DNA from: Cyanobacteriota bacterium
Lineage (GTDB): Bacteria > Cyanobacteriota > Cyanobacteriia > Thermostichales > Thermostichaceae
Assembly: GCA_033764955.1 (NCBI GenBank)
Contig: JANRIL010000019.1
Location: 32,001-96,000, forward strand
DNA length: 64,000 nucleotides
Direction of reading: 5' to 3'
The translations under genes and the position numbers were made by a program. The notes under the pieces are model-generated. The model was not told where the DNA came from. It was given only the letters and a program-made list of their open reading frames with translations, and did not search any database. This document shows, piece after piece, positions 29,095 through 37,828 of the stretch (positions are counted from its first letter, which is position 1; the number at the start of each line of letters is the position of its first letter).

Positions 29095-31299
29095 TCAAGG
29101 CACCCGCACCGCAATCGTGGCTTTGGGGGGAACCGCCTCCTGAAATATCTCCCCCTCCGTCGTCAAGACCAAAAACTGCGTATCTTGTCCCGGCTGAATC
29201 GCTAAGTTTGACCAGGGGATCGCCACCTCCAAGCAAATATCGAGAGCTGCCTGTATTTGGTGGGTCACTTCCTGCCACTGATGATACTCAGCCGCTTGGC
29301 AAAAACGGGTGCGCTGAATCGACCCATTCCCAGCCGTCCGTTGCCTTAGTTGAATGTGCAACATGTGGCGATAGCTGTAGTTAAAAGGGGCTTCTTCCGG
29401 TAAACCCTGCAATGGAATGCGGCTATTGACCGTGACCCGATTGGGATAAAACCAAAAGATCTGAAGGTGTTGGGGATGTTGCACAGCAGAGCTAAAATCC
29501 AGGCGCAAATACAGATGAAAGTGGTCAAAGCCATACCACAACTGACGAATTGACGCATTGCGGTGCATCGTGCCACGGGCAGCTCCAATTTCCACCCGTC
29601 CCGCCTGGGTCCATTCCCGCTCCGCCGGACGCCCGTTGATGGTGGGATGAATAAATCCCTGGGGCAGGCGATCTCCCAATCCATCGTGATCCTCTAAGGG
29701 CTGTAATAGAGCACTGGGCACCGCTTCCCCCAGTTGTTTGTAGATGGCTTCCAGATGCTCTCGAAACAGTTGGTCAAAGGTGGCATCATGCACCGACGAA
29801 TGCCCCATGCCAAACCACCAAAACCAATCGGATCCCTCCGCTGCCCACAATGATTCCCAGGTGGCCTCCGTCGCCCGCGGATGCCCTTCAATCAGTTGGC
29901 GAGCCTGTGCCAACAATTCCCAGGCACGATTTTTCACCGGATCCCCAATCCAGGTGGTGAAATCCGACTCGATCCAGGAGCCGCTATGCAGTTGCTCAGA
30001 GGGCAAAACTGCCGTGGGGGGAAACTGATCCAGAAACTCGGAAACCGTCACCAGTTTCAAAAAAGGATGTTGATGGAGGCGGGTGTAAAGATTTTCCAGA
30101 AAGAGATTGCCGTCTTTGGGGTAGTATTCCCAGCAGTTTTCTCCGTCCAAGGCAATGGTCACCAACCAGGGTTGCTCCTGCGGTAGGCGATTGCGAATGC
30201 TTTCCAGATGCCCGATTAGATCCTTCGCGGCGACGTTGGCCTCCATGGTGCTGTAGCTAAACCCAATCAAATCGGAGAGGCGGTGATCCCGAAAGACAAT
30301 CGCCAAGTCTCCCTGTGGGGTTTCCAGCCGATAAGGACGATAGAGCCGTTCGGGATCCAGAACATGTCCATATTCATCCCGCCCAAACATGGATCCCAAA
30401 CTCCAACCCAGTACCCCTTCATCCGAAATGATCCACTGAAATCCCTGGCCAATGATTGTAGGTAGGATGGCGGGGCTGACCGATTGTTCCGAGGGCCACA
30501 ACCCTCTGGGATCCCGATGGAAACGTGACTGGTAGATGGCTTTGGCTTTGCTCAGGTGCGCCTCCACATCCCCCTGCCAATGAAAACCATAACGGGGTAG
30601 GGGTAGGCCGGGACGGGCAACCCGCGCCTGTCGCTCACTGACCAGCAGAGGCAGGATGGGGTGGGTATAGGGGCTGGTGGTGATTTCCAGTTGACCGGAC
30701 TGCTGCATCTTGGCGTGCTGAGGCAAAATGCCACTCAAAATTTGTTGCTGTTTGGCATAGATGCGTTGCCGATCACTGAGGGTAAATCCCTGTTGCTGCA
30801 TGAACCACCCTGCAATTTCGGGGTCATCGTGAAATAGGGGATCAAACCAGGCCAAATTGTGCCAAGCCAGCAAGTCCCCAAAATCGTGGGGTTTCCAGTA
30901 TTGCAAACACCAGTTGCGCCCCTGTTGTTCCCGTTGTTCGTAGAGTTGACGATAGCGGGGATAGGGATCAATCAGAGTGGGATAATGCCCATCAAAAAAC
31001 CGCTCCACCACAAAGCTCAACTGCTCTGGGGTCAACTGCTCAACCGGAGTAAGCGTCAGCTCTAAATAGGGATCAAACGCCGTGCCCGCCACATAATCTT
31101 CGATTTGAATGATCAAAGAGGGCACCAGATTCACGGTTTGATGCAGTTTGGGAAACCGCTCCAACATCAACACCAAATCCAGATAATCTTTAATGCCATG
31201 CAACCGTACCCAAGGCATCCGGTATCGGCCAGCTATCGGACTTTTGTAAAGCGGCTGATGTTGGTGCCAAACAAACGCAATATGGAGTGGGTAGGTCAT
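29095..31299 (-). CDS. Glycoside hydrolase family 57 (amylopullulanase-like)
   Basis: WHQHQP, PWVRLHG, SPYTHPILP, GLWPSEQ, ALDGENCWE, AEGSDWFWW. Confidence 0.93.
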   Translation of the reverse strand: MTYPLHIAFVWHQHQPLYKSPIAGRYRMPWVRLHGIKDYLDLVLMLERFPKLHQTVNLVPSLIIQIEDYVAGTAFDPYLELTLTPVEQLTPEQLSFVVERFFDGHYPTLIDPYPRYRQLYEQREQQGRNWCLQYWKPHDFGDLLAWHNLAWFDPLFHDDPEIAGWFMQQQGFTLSDRQRIYAKQQQILSGILPQHAKMQQSGQLEITTSPYTHPILPLLVSERQARVARPGLPLPRYGFHWQGDVEAHLSKAKAIYQSRFHRDPRGLWPSEQSVSPAILPTIIGQGFQWIISDEGVLGWSLGSMFGRDEYGHVLDPERLYRPYRLETPQGDLAIVFRDHRLSDLIGFSYSTMEANVAAKDLIGHLESIRNRLPQEQPWLVTIALDGENCWEYYPKDGNLFLENLYTRLHQHPFLKLVTVSEFLDQFPPTAVLPSEQLHSGSWIESDFTTWIGDPVKNRAWELLAQARQLIEGHPRATEATWESLWAAEGSDWFWWFGMGHSSVHDATFDQLFREHLEAIYKQLGEAVPSALLQPLEDHDGLGDRLPQGFIHPTINGRPAEREWTQAGRVEIGAARGTMHRNASIRQLWYGFDHFHLYLRLDFSSAVQHPQHLQIFWFYPNRVTVNSRIPLQGLPEEAPFNYSYRHMLHIQLRQRTAGNGSIQRTRFCQAAEYHQWQEVTHQIQAALDICLEVAIPWSNLAIQPGQDTQFLVLTTEGEIFQEAVPPKATIAVRVP

Positions 31300-31466
31300 G
31301 GGCAGGCGTAGGGATCCCCAACAACGCATCAAACGGATACTAGCCCATCTGCCTAACTGGAGATCCTGTATATGATCCGTAAAATCTCGCGGCGGGATCC
31401 ATCTCCCCAAGCCGGGATCCCCAACTTTTGGGGGTTTAGAAGCAAGCCGAAGGGAAAAACCAACTG

Positions 31467-32630
31467 CTAGCGACCCATCCCCAAGCTCTGGGCTTTTTGG
31501 TAAACCTTGCCCTCGGTCAAAAGGGAGGGAGCAATTACCACATCCACCTGCTGCATGGCTCGTAGGTCGGCAGCTCCCAAGGTGCTCATGCTGGTGCGGA
31601 GCGCGCCTAACAAATTGTGGGTGCCGTCATCCAAACGGGCGGGTCCACGCAGGATCTCCTGCAAACTGCCCGTGGATCCCACTCGAATGCGCGTACCCCG
31701 TGGCAGCACTGGACTGGGTGTAGCCATCCCCCAGTGAAACCCCCGCCCAGGTGCCTCACTAGCACGGGCAATGGGGGAACCAATCATCACCGCATCGGCT
31801 CCGCAGGCAATCGCTTTGCAAATATCTCCCCCGGTAATCAGTCCGCCATCGGCCACAATCGGCACATAGATCCCCGTTTGGGCGTGGTGAAGATCGCGGG
31901 CGGCGGCACAGTCGGCAATAGCCGTGGCTTGTGGGACTCCTACCCCCAAGACTCCCCGTGAGGTACAAGCCGCCCCAGGCCCAATCCCCACTAACACCGC
32001 CGCCGCCCCCGCCTGCATCAAGTCGAGGGTGACGGAGTAGGTGACGCAGTTGCCAATCACCACCGGAATCGGCATCTCCCGACAAAAATCCGCTAGATTG
32101 AGGGGACGAATGCCCGCCGGGGCACGGTGATCGATGGAAACAACGGTAGCCTGAACGAAATAAAGATCTCCCCCCGCCGCCGCCACCAATGGTCCATACT
32201 GAGCGGCTGTCGCTGGGGTGGAGCTAGCCGCCGCGATTCCCCCCTGAGCCTTGATTTCTTGAATGCGCTGTTGAATCAGTTCTGGCTTGACCGGTTCACT
32301 ATATAAATGCTGCATGAGGGGAACAAACTCCTCTTTGCCCACCGCTGCAATTTTGTCGAGCACAACATCGGGATCCGCATAACGGGTTTGGATCCCTTCC
32401 AGGTTGAGCACCCCCAACGCCCCCAGCTCGGAGAGAAGAATCGCCATTTTGACATCCACCACCCCATCCATGGCGCTAGCAATGATAGGAATTTCCCGCG
32501 AAATTGAGCCGATCTGCCAGGTGGTATCCACCAAACTGGGATCCAGGGTATTACCAGCGGGAGCGAGGGCTATTTCATCCAGTCCGTAGGCACGTCGTAC
32601 CTTCTTACCCAAACCCAGTTGAATATCCAC
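31467..32630 (-). CDS. guaB: GuaB3-family IMP dehydrogenase-related protein
   Basis: [29 protein letters not shown] (catalytic Cys), ADGG, WGMATP. Confidence 0.92.
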   Translation of the reverse strand: MDIQLGLGKKVRRAYGLDEIALAPAGNTLDPSLVDTTWQIGSISREIPIIASAMDGVVDVKMAILLSELGALGVLNLEGIQTRYADPDVVLDKIAAVGKEEFVPLMQHLYSEPVKPELIQQRIQEIKAQGGIAAASSTPATAAQYGPLVAAAGGDLYFVQATVVSIDHRAPAGIRPLNLADFCREMPIPVVIGNCVTYSVTLDLMQAGAAAVLVGIGPGAACTSRGVLGVGVPQATAIADCAAARDLHHAQTGIYVPIVADGGLITGGDICKAIACGADAVMIGSPIARASEAPGRGFHWGMATPSPVLPRGTRIRVGSTGSLQEILRGPARLDDGTHNLLGALRTSMSTLGAADLRAMQQVDVVIAPSLLTEGKVYQKAQSLGMGR

Positions 32631-32967
32631 CCAGCCTGCCCCCCGTACCTACAAAGTAATGACTGGCCAGGGATCCCCTCCACCCTAGCTCCCAGGTCAT
32701 GGCGAATTGTCCCTAGAAAACGGTATAGAAAGTTACTGATCCACTGTGCCAAATGGTCTATCCAGCCTATCAAAGGGGTTTTCCCCTGTCAAAGCAGAAC
32801 TTTCCCTGCCTATCTTTCTGGCTCTGGATGGGGGGCAATCCCTACGTCCCGCAGAGGTGGGGGATCCCTAGCGCAGTCAAAAACGGATTCAGAAAATCCT
32901 CACCAAGACTGCTGTTACTTTCCGTTACACTAGAAAATAGACCATTCGGGCATTCGGAGGCAAGCTT

Positions 32968-34056
32968 GTGGGTAATTTTTTGCTGATTGGTTCAACGGAA
33001 CCCTATAGCGGCAAGTCAGCAGCGGTGCTGGGGCTAGCTTATCACCTGCAACGCCAAGGGATCCGTATTACCTACGGCAAGCCGATTGGTTCTTGTATGG
33101 AGGGGGATTGCGCCCTGGAGGGGGATCCCGATCTGCTGTTTATGACCAGTGCCCTGCAACTTACCCCTGAGCAGATGCCGCCGATGGTGCTGCAACTAAC
33201 TGGACAAGCCGTTCTGCAACAAATGGTGGATCCGCAGCCTACCCATTACATCGAACGGTTACAAGCCTATCGCCAAGAGATGCCGGCGGATTTGGCTCTT
33301 TTAGAAGGGCCTGCCGATCTCTATGAGGGGGAACTGTTTCATCTCTCCCTGACCGAGATGGCCGAGGCATTAGACAGTCCCGTTCTTTTAATCTGTCGCT
33401 ATCACTCCGCCCTCGTAGTAGATTCCCTGTTGGCCGCCCAGAAAAAACTCACCTCCCGCCTAGCTGGAGTGCTGATCAACGATGTGCCTGAGGATCAATT
33501 GCCCTCGGTGCGGGAGCAGATCATTCCTTTTCTAGAAGCCCAAGGGATCCCGGTGCTGGGGATCCTTCCCTCCAATCGCATCCTGCGTAGCATCAGCGTT
33601 GGCGAACTGGCGAAGCAGTTAGAGGCCGACATTCTCTGTTGCGAGGATCGCCAAGACTTTATGGTGGAGGACTTTGTGATCGGGGCAATGAATGTGAACT
33701 CCGCCCTCAAATATTTCCGCAAGTCGGAACACAAAGCCGTCATTACGGGGGGAGATCGCACCGACATTCAACTGGCGGCTCTGGAAACCTCCACCGTTTG
33801 TCTGATCTTGACGGGTAAGCTCCCCCTTGATGAGCGGATCCAGGCTCGCGCCGAAGAATTGGAAGTCCCCATTCTCTCTGTGGATCTTGATACCTTTACA
33901 ACCATCGAGCGGATTGAGCGGGTGTTTGGTCAGGTGCGCCTGCACGAAACCATCAAAGTTCGCTGTATTCAGGAGCTTATGTCAAGGAACGTTGACTTCG
34001 CTCGCCTCTACAATTGCCTTGGCTTGACACAACCCCTAGCGTCTGGGGTGGCCTAG
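32968..34056 (+). CDS. Phosphotransacetylase-N-terminal-like protein (BioD-like P-loop plus DRTGG domain)
   Basis: STEPYSGKS, YGKPIG, LLEG, IGAM, ITGGDRTDIQLAALE. Confidence 0.88.
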   Translation: MGNFLLIGSTEPYSGKSAAVLGLAYHLQRQGIRITYGKPIGSCMEGDCALEGDPDLLFMTSALQLTPEQMPPMVLQLTGQAVLQQMVDPQPTHYIERLQAYRQEMPADLALLEGPADLYEGELFHLSLTEMAEALDSPVLLICRYHSALVVDSLLAAQKKLTSRLAGVLINDVPEDQLPSVREQIIPFLEAQGIPVLGILPSNRILRSISVGELAKQLEADILCCEDRQDFMVEDFVIGAMNVNSALKYFRKSEHKAVITGGDRTDIQLAALETSTVCLILTGKLPLDERIQARAEELEVPILSVDLDTFTTIERIERVFGQVRLHETIKVRCIQELMSRNVDFARLYNCLGLTQPLASGVA

Positions 34057-34275
34057 TTTTTGTGTGAGAAAAATCCAGCCCTGTATTTAGTGGTTTTAGA
34101 GATGACTTTTCCAGTTCCTTACACTAGCGGTAAATGTGTCGCCAATTTAATAAAGATCACATGAACTTATTTAGTGTAGGGATCCCTGCTTTGAACAGTT
34201 CTTTCTATTACGAAAAACCGCAAAAAACTCTTCGGCAATCGCCCCCTTTCCGGATCCAGCTTGTATGATGCAAGT

Positions 34276-34326
34276 ATTCATCACCTCAACACACCACTCC
34301 TCCCCCAGTTTTTCTGGGGGTTTTTT
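34276..34326 (+). ncRNA. Candidate small RNA, Yfr1-like
   Basis: -10 TATGAT (34264-34269); C/A-rich body ATTCATCACCTCAACACACCACTCCT; terminator CCCCCAG-TTTTT-CTGGGGG plus T6. No gene ends immediately upstream of the terminator. Confidence 0.55.
34302..34326 (+). terminator. Rho-independent terminator
   Basis: 7-bp GC-rich stem CCCCCAG/CTGGGGG followed by TTTTTT. Confidence 0.85.
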
Positions 34327-34558
34327 ATGCCTTGATTTCCGATGGTTTAGTCTTTAAGAAGTTGTCAGTTACGGTGATAGATCCCAAAAAATTCTTAAAT
34401 TGATATCACCACTGGGCAAGCTTAGAAAAGCTACTACTAGATACAGTGTAATAATCTTCTCAAAACAGCAAAACTACGCTAAAGTGAGCCAACTGATTCC
34501 GATTGCCCGTCGGCGGTTTCTCCCACCAATCCTGACTCCCCATTCCCTGTTGTGACCT

Positions 34559-35050
34559 ATGCCACGCCCATCTGCTCCCACTGCGGTTTCTCCCCATTCC
34601 GGCATCTTTACGGATGGAGGCTGTTCTCCCAATCCAGGCCCCGGCGGTTGGGGTGTCGTCGTTGTGGAGGCTGATCAGATTCGGGAGCAATGGGTCGGGG
34701 GAACTAGCTGGTCTACCAACAACCGCATGGAGCTAACCGCCTTGATTCGAGCCATCACCTATGTGGTGGAAGAGGGATCCGCTGCCCATCTACCCATTTA
34801 TGCGGACTCTCAACTGTGTGTGCAGACCTACAACGAATGGATGGAAGGCTGGGCGAAGCGGGGTTGGCGGCGCAAAACAGGTCCCGTCGAGAATTTGGAT
34901 CTGGTGCAGGAACTCTACGCCCTCAAGCAAAAGCTGAAGGCCACTGGCTCCCCGGTCACCGTCTCTTGGATCAAAGCCCACGCCGGCCTGCGCTGGAACG
35001 AGTATGCCGATCAGTTGGTGCAGCAGGGGCGGACGGCTCAGCAACCCTAA
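34559..35050 (+). CDS. rnhA: Ribonuclease HI
   Basis: FTDGGCSPNPGPGGWG, TNNRMELTA, ADSQ, VENLDL, WIKAHAG..NEYADQL. Confidence 0.95.
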   Translation: MPRPSAPTAVSPHSGIFTDGGCSPNPGPGGWGVVVVEADQIREQWVGGTSWSTNNRMELTALIRAITYVVEEGSAAHLPIYADSQLCVQTYNEWMEGWAKRGWRRKTGPVENLDLVQELYALKQKLKATGSPVTVSWIKAHAGLRWNEYADQLVQQGRTAQQP

Positions 35051-35094
35051 CCGAGAATCTGACGAACCACAACCTTAATGAAATCGAGTGTTTC

Positions 35095-35112
35095 TTTACA
35101 GGACTTTACAAT
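35095..35112 (+). promoter_or_regulatory. HLR1-like (RpaB) direct repeat upstream of apcF
   Basis: TTTACAGG-AC-TTTACAAT (8-2-8), with a candidate -10 TAAACT near 35150. Confidence 0.5.
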
Positions 35113-35297
35113 TGCCGAGTCTTGTGCATGTGGGGATCCCCCTGCATGATAAACTTCGGAAGGTAATTTGGCGGGTATACGGGTGATTTTGGGGCATTGC
35201 CAAGGATCAAGCCTACTTGCCCTAGATCGTGCGCTGGGTGTCCTTTTTCTTAAAAAAACTGGTTTTGCTTTTTCCTGATAATCATGGAGTTTTGGAT

Positions 35298-35801
35298 ATG
35301 CGTGATGCTGTGACAAGCCTGATCAAAAAGTATGACTTGGCTGGGCGCTATCTGGATCGGGATGCTATGGACTCCCTCAAGTCCTATTTCAACACAGGCA
35401 TCCAACGAATCCGTGTGGTCAACACCATCAATCTCAATTCCGTCGATATTGTCAAGAGCGCCGCGTCTCGCTTGTTTAGTGAATTGCCGGATCTGATTCG
35501 TCCGGGGGGCAATGCCTACACCACCCGCCGCTATGCCACCTGCCTACGGGATATGGATTATTACCTGCGCTACGCTACCTATGCCTTGGTAGCCGGCGAC
35601 ACCAGCGTTCTCGATGAGCGGGTTTTAGCTGGACTGCGGGAAACCTACAACTCCTTGGGAGTGCCGATTGCCCCCACCGTGATGGGCATCCAAAACATGA
35701 AGGATCGGGTGATGGAGTTGCTGGGATCCACCGATGATTATCGCTTTGTGGCCGAACCTTTTGAATATATGGGATCCCAACTCAGCGAGACGGATATTTA
35801 G
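35298..35801 (+). CDS. apcF: Allophycocyanin beta-18 subunit
   Basis: MRDAVTSLIKKYDLAGRYLDRDA, PGGNAYTTRRYATCLRDMDYYLRY, GLRETYNSLGVP; GGAG RBS. Confidence 0.93.
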   Translation: MRDAVTSLIKKYDLAGRYLDRDAMDSLKSYFNTGIQRIRVVNTINLNSVDIVKSAASRLFSELPDLIRPGGNAYTTRRYATCLRDMDYYLRYATYALVAGDTSVLDERVLAGLRETYNSLGVPIAPTVMGIQNMKDRVMELLGSTDDYRFVAEPFEYMGSQLSETDI

Positions 35802-35852
35802 GCTCTTACCTGAGTTATCCTAAAACCGCTTACGTCTGGTTTGGTCTGTATC

Positions 35853-36743
35853 ATGTCCCCTCGTTCTCGCCTGGATGTCTGGTTGGTGGAACGGGGGTAT
35901 TTTGCTACCCGCCAACAGGCACAGCGGGCGATTCAGGCCGGAGAGGTAAAAATTGATGGCCTACCCACCGATAAGCCGGGCACACAAGTAGCCGGAGACC
36001 TGAAGGTTGAGATCCAAAGCAAACCTGCCTTTGTCTCACGGGGGGGAGAAAAATTGCTGGGTGCCCTACAAACCTTTGGCCTAGCGGTGGCGGGGCGGAT
36101 AGCCTTGGATGCTGGAGTTTCCACCGGAGGTTTTACCGACTGCCTACTGCAAAAGGGGGTACGGCAGGTCTATGGGGTGGATGTGGGCTACGGACAACTG
36201 GCTTGGTCGCTACGGACGGATCCCCGTGTCATCCTCAGGGAGCGCACCAACCTCCGCCACCTCACCCCCATCTCCCTTTACGGGGAAACCTGTCCTGCCA
36301 CAGACTGGGCTAGCCTAGCCACCCTAGATCTCTCTTTCATTTCCCTAACCAAAATCCTCCCCCCCTTGCATAGCCTCCTCATCCCACCCCGAGAGGTACT
36401 GCTGCTGGTCAAACCTCAGTTTGAGGCTGGAAAAGGTCAGGTGGGCAAACATGGGGTGGTGAAAGATAGCCATATTCAAGCGGCAGCAATTGGGCAGGTG
36501 CTGCAAACGGCTTTATCCTTGGGGTGGCATTATCATGGACTCACCTGGTCCCCTTTGGTCGGGCCTGCGGGCAATCTGGAGTTTTGGTTGTGGCTGCAAG
36601 ACAACCCTGGCCTCCCTGCCCCCACGGATCCGCAGCTCTGGCAGGTATGTCAGCAGGCCAAGGAAGTGTTGACTAACACAAAGATCCAGGAAATGTCAAA
36701 TGTAGCCCAATATACTGCAAAGAATGATGAGCCAAACTGTTGA
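35853..36743 (+). CDS. tlyA: TlyA family rRNA (cytidine-2'-O)-methyltransferase
   Basis: S4 domain RLDVWLV; FVSRGGEKL, DAGVSTGGFTDCLL, DVGYGQL, DLSFISL, LVKPQFE, GNLEF. Confidence 0.94.
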   Translation: MSPRSRLDVWLVERGYFATRQQAQRAIQAGEVKIDGLPTDKPGTQVAGDLKVEIQSKPAFVSRGGEKLLGALQTFGLAVAGRIALDAGVSTGGFTDCLLQKGVRQVYGVDVGYGQLAWSLRTDPRVILRERTNLRHLTPISLYGETCPATDWASLATLDLSFISLTKILPPLHSLLIPPREVLLLVKPQFEAGKGQVGKHGVVKDSHIQAAAIGQVLQTALSLGWHYHGLTWSPLVGPAGNLEFWLWLQDNPGLPAPTDPQLWQVCQQAKEVLTNTKIQEMSNVAQYTAKNDEPNC

Positions 36744-37149
36744 AGAATTATTTCAGGAATGTATCCAGCGATACGAAGCCGGAGAGTCTCCCCGTGTCTT
36801 GATTCCAGCCTTTGAGTCAGTTTGTCAACGGGCTGGCAAATCCGCCGCCGCCTGGACCTGTTTGTCGTGGTTATACCTGCTAGAAAGCAAGCCCGAAAAA
36901 GCTTTGAAGGCCGCTCAAACTGCCGTGCGACTGGATCCGGTGGATGCTCAACCCCGCATCAATCTCACCTTAGCCATGCTGGAGCTAAAAAAAACAGGCA
37001 TCCGCCAACAGATTGACCCTATTAAGATGATCTTGGTGCGGGATAGCGAACAAATTGATACGGTCAAAGCCAACCTGGCCGATGGGCAGAAGCGCCGTCC
37101 CGACTGGACACACCTAGAGCGCATCCATAAATGGCTATTTGAAGACTAG
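36724..37149 (+). CDS. TPR-repeat protein, conserved in cyanobacteria
   Basis: AAWTCLSWLYLL...ALKAAQTAVRLDP.DAQPRINL. Confidence 0.8.
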   Translation: MMSQTVEELFQECIQRYEAGESPRVLIPAFESVCQRAGKSAAAWTCLSWLYLLESKPEKALKAAQTAVRLDPVDAQPRINLTLAMLELKKTGIRQQIDPIKMILVRDSEQIDTVKANLADGQKRRPDWTHLERIHKWLFED

Positions 37150-37312
37150 GCCAAAAGCCAGCGAATCTTCATAAGAAAACATAATAAGTTGGGTAACTTT
37201 AGGGCTGGACTAAAGTCTTAACAACCCTCTCAGAATCAGGGTGTTAGACTCCATTTACTTTCAGTTCCAGTTGCTTTTTTACACTCACTTATTTAGCCAG
37301 GAGGCTCCTGTT

Positions 37313-37486
37313 ATGTCACTCGAAAATGTCCGCGTCAAGAGCGATACTCGCAGCCATCAAGGATTTTTTATCCCCCAGGCTGAATATACGTTGGTGGATC
37401 AGGATCAAAATGGCTGGGCACTGATTTGTGTGGATAATGCCCGTTGTTATTATGTCGATCCGGATGCTTTGTTGATTGAGGGATAA
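37313..37486 (+). CDS. 57-aa hypothetical protein, possibly an SH3-like beta barrel
   Basis: Strong AGGAGG RBS; beta-rich sequence VRVK...EYTLVDQDQNGWALICVD...YYVDPDAL; downstream hairpin at 37629-37649. Confidence 0.65.
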   Translation: MSLENVRVKSDTRSHQGFFIPQAEYTLVDQDQNGWALICVDNARCYYVDPDALLIEG

Positions 37487-37628
37487 TTTGAGGTTCCTTC
37501 CCTAAGGAATTTAAGGATCTTTTGTCTTTCTCCGCTTCACGTTCTGGGCTTGTAACCGACGATTTTTGAGGGAGACGCCCAACACTTTTAACTCATTTTT
37601 ACCCGATTGAGATATGTCAAAACCTTCT

Positions 37629-37652
37629 GGGAGCTACAGTGTGGCTCCCTTT
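37629..37652 (+). terminator. Probable terminator hairpin
   Basis: GGGAGCTAC-AGT-GTGGCTCCC followed by a T-rich tract. Confidence 0.55.
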
Positions 37653-37828
37653 CCCTTTCTTTGCAGACAGTCCTCTGGAGATAGTGAAGATAGCTGGGGG
37701 ATCCCTCCCCCCTAGCAAGCCACCTGCCGATCCTCAGGGTTCCCTATCCCCTCCTCAAGTCGTGAATGGTTCTGAGCTAGGCTGAGCATGGCAAAATATA
37801 CTCATCGTTACGTTAAATCGACAAAACC

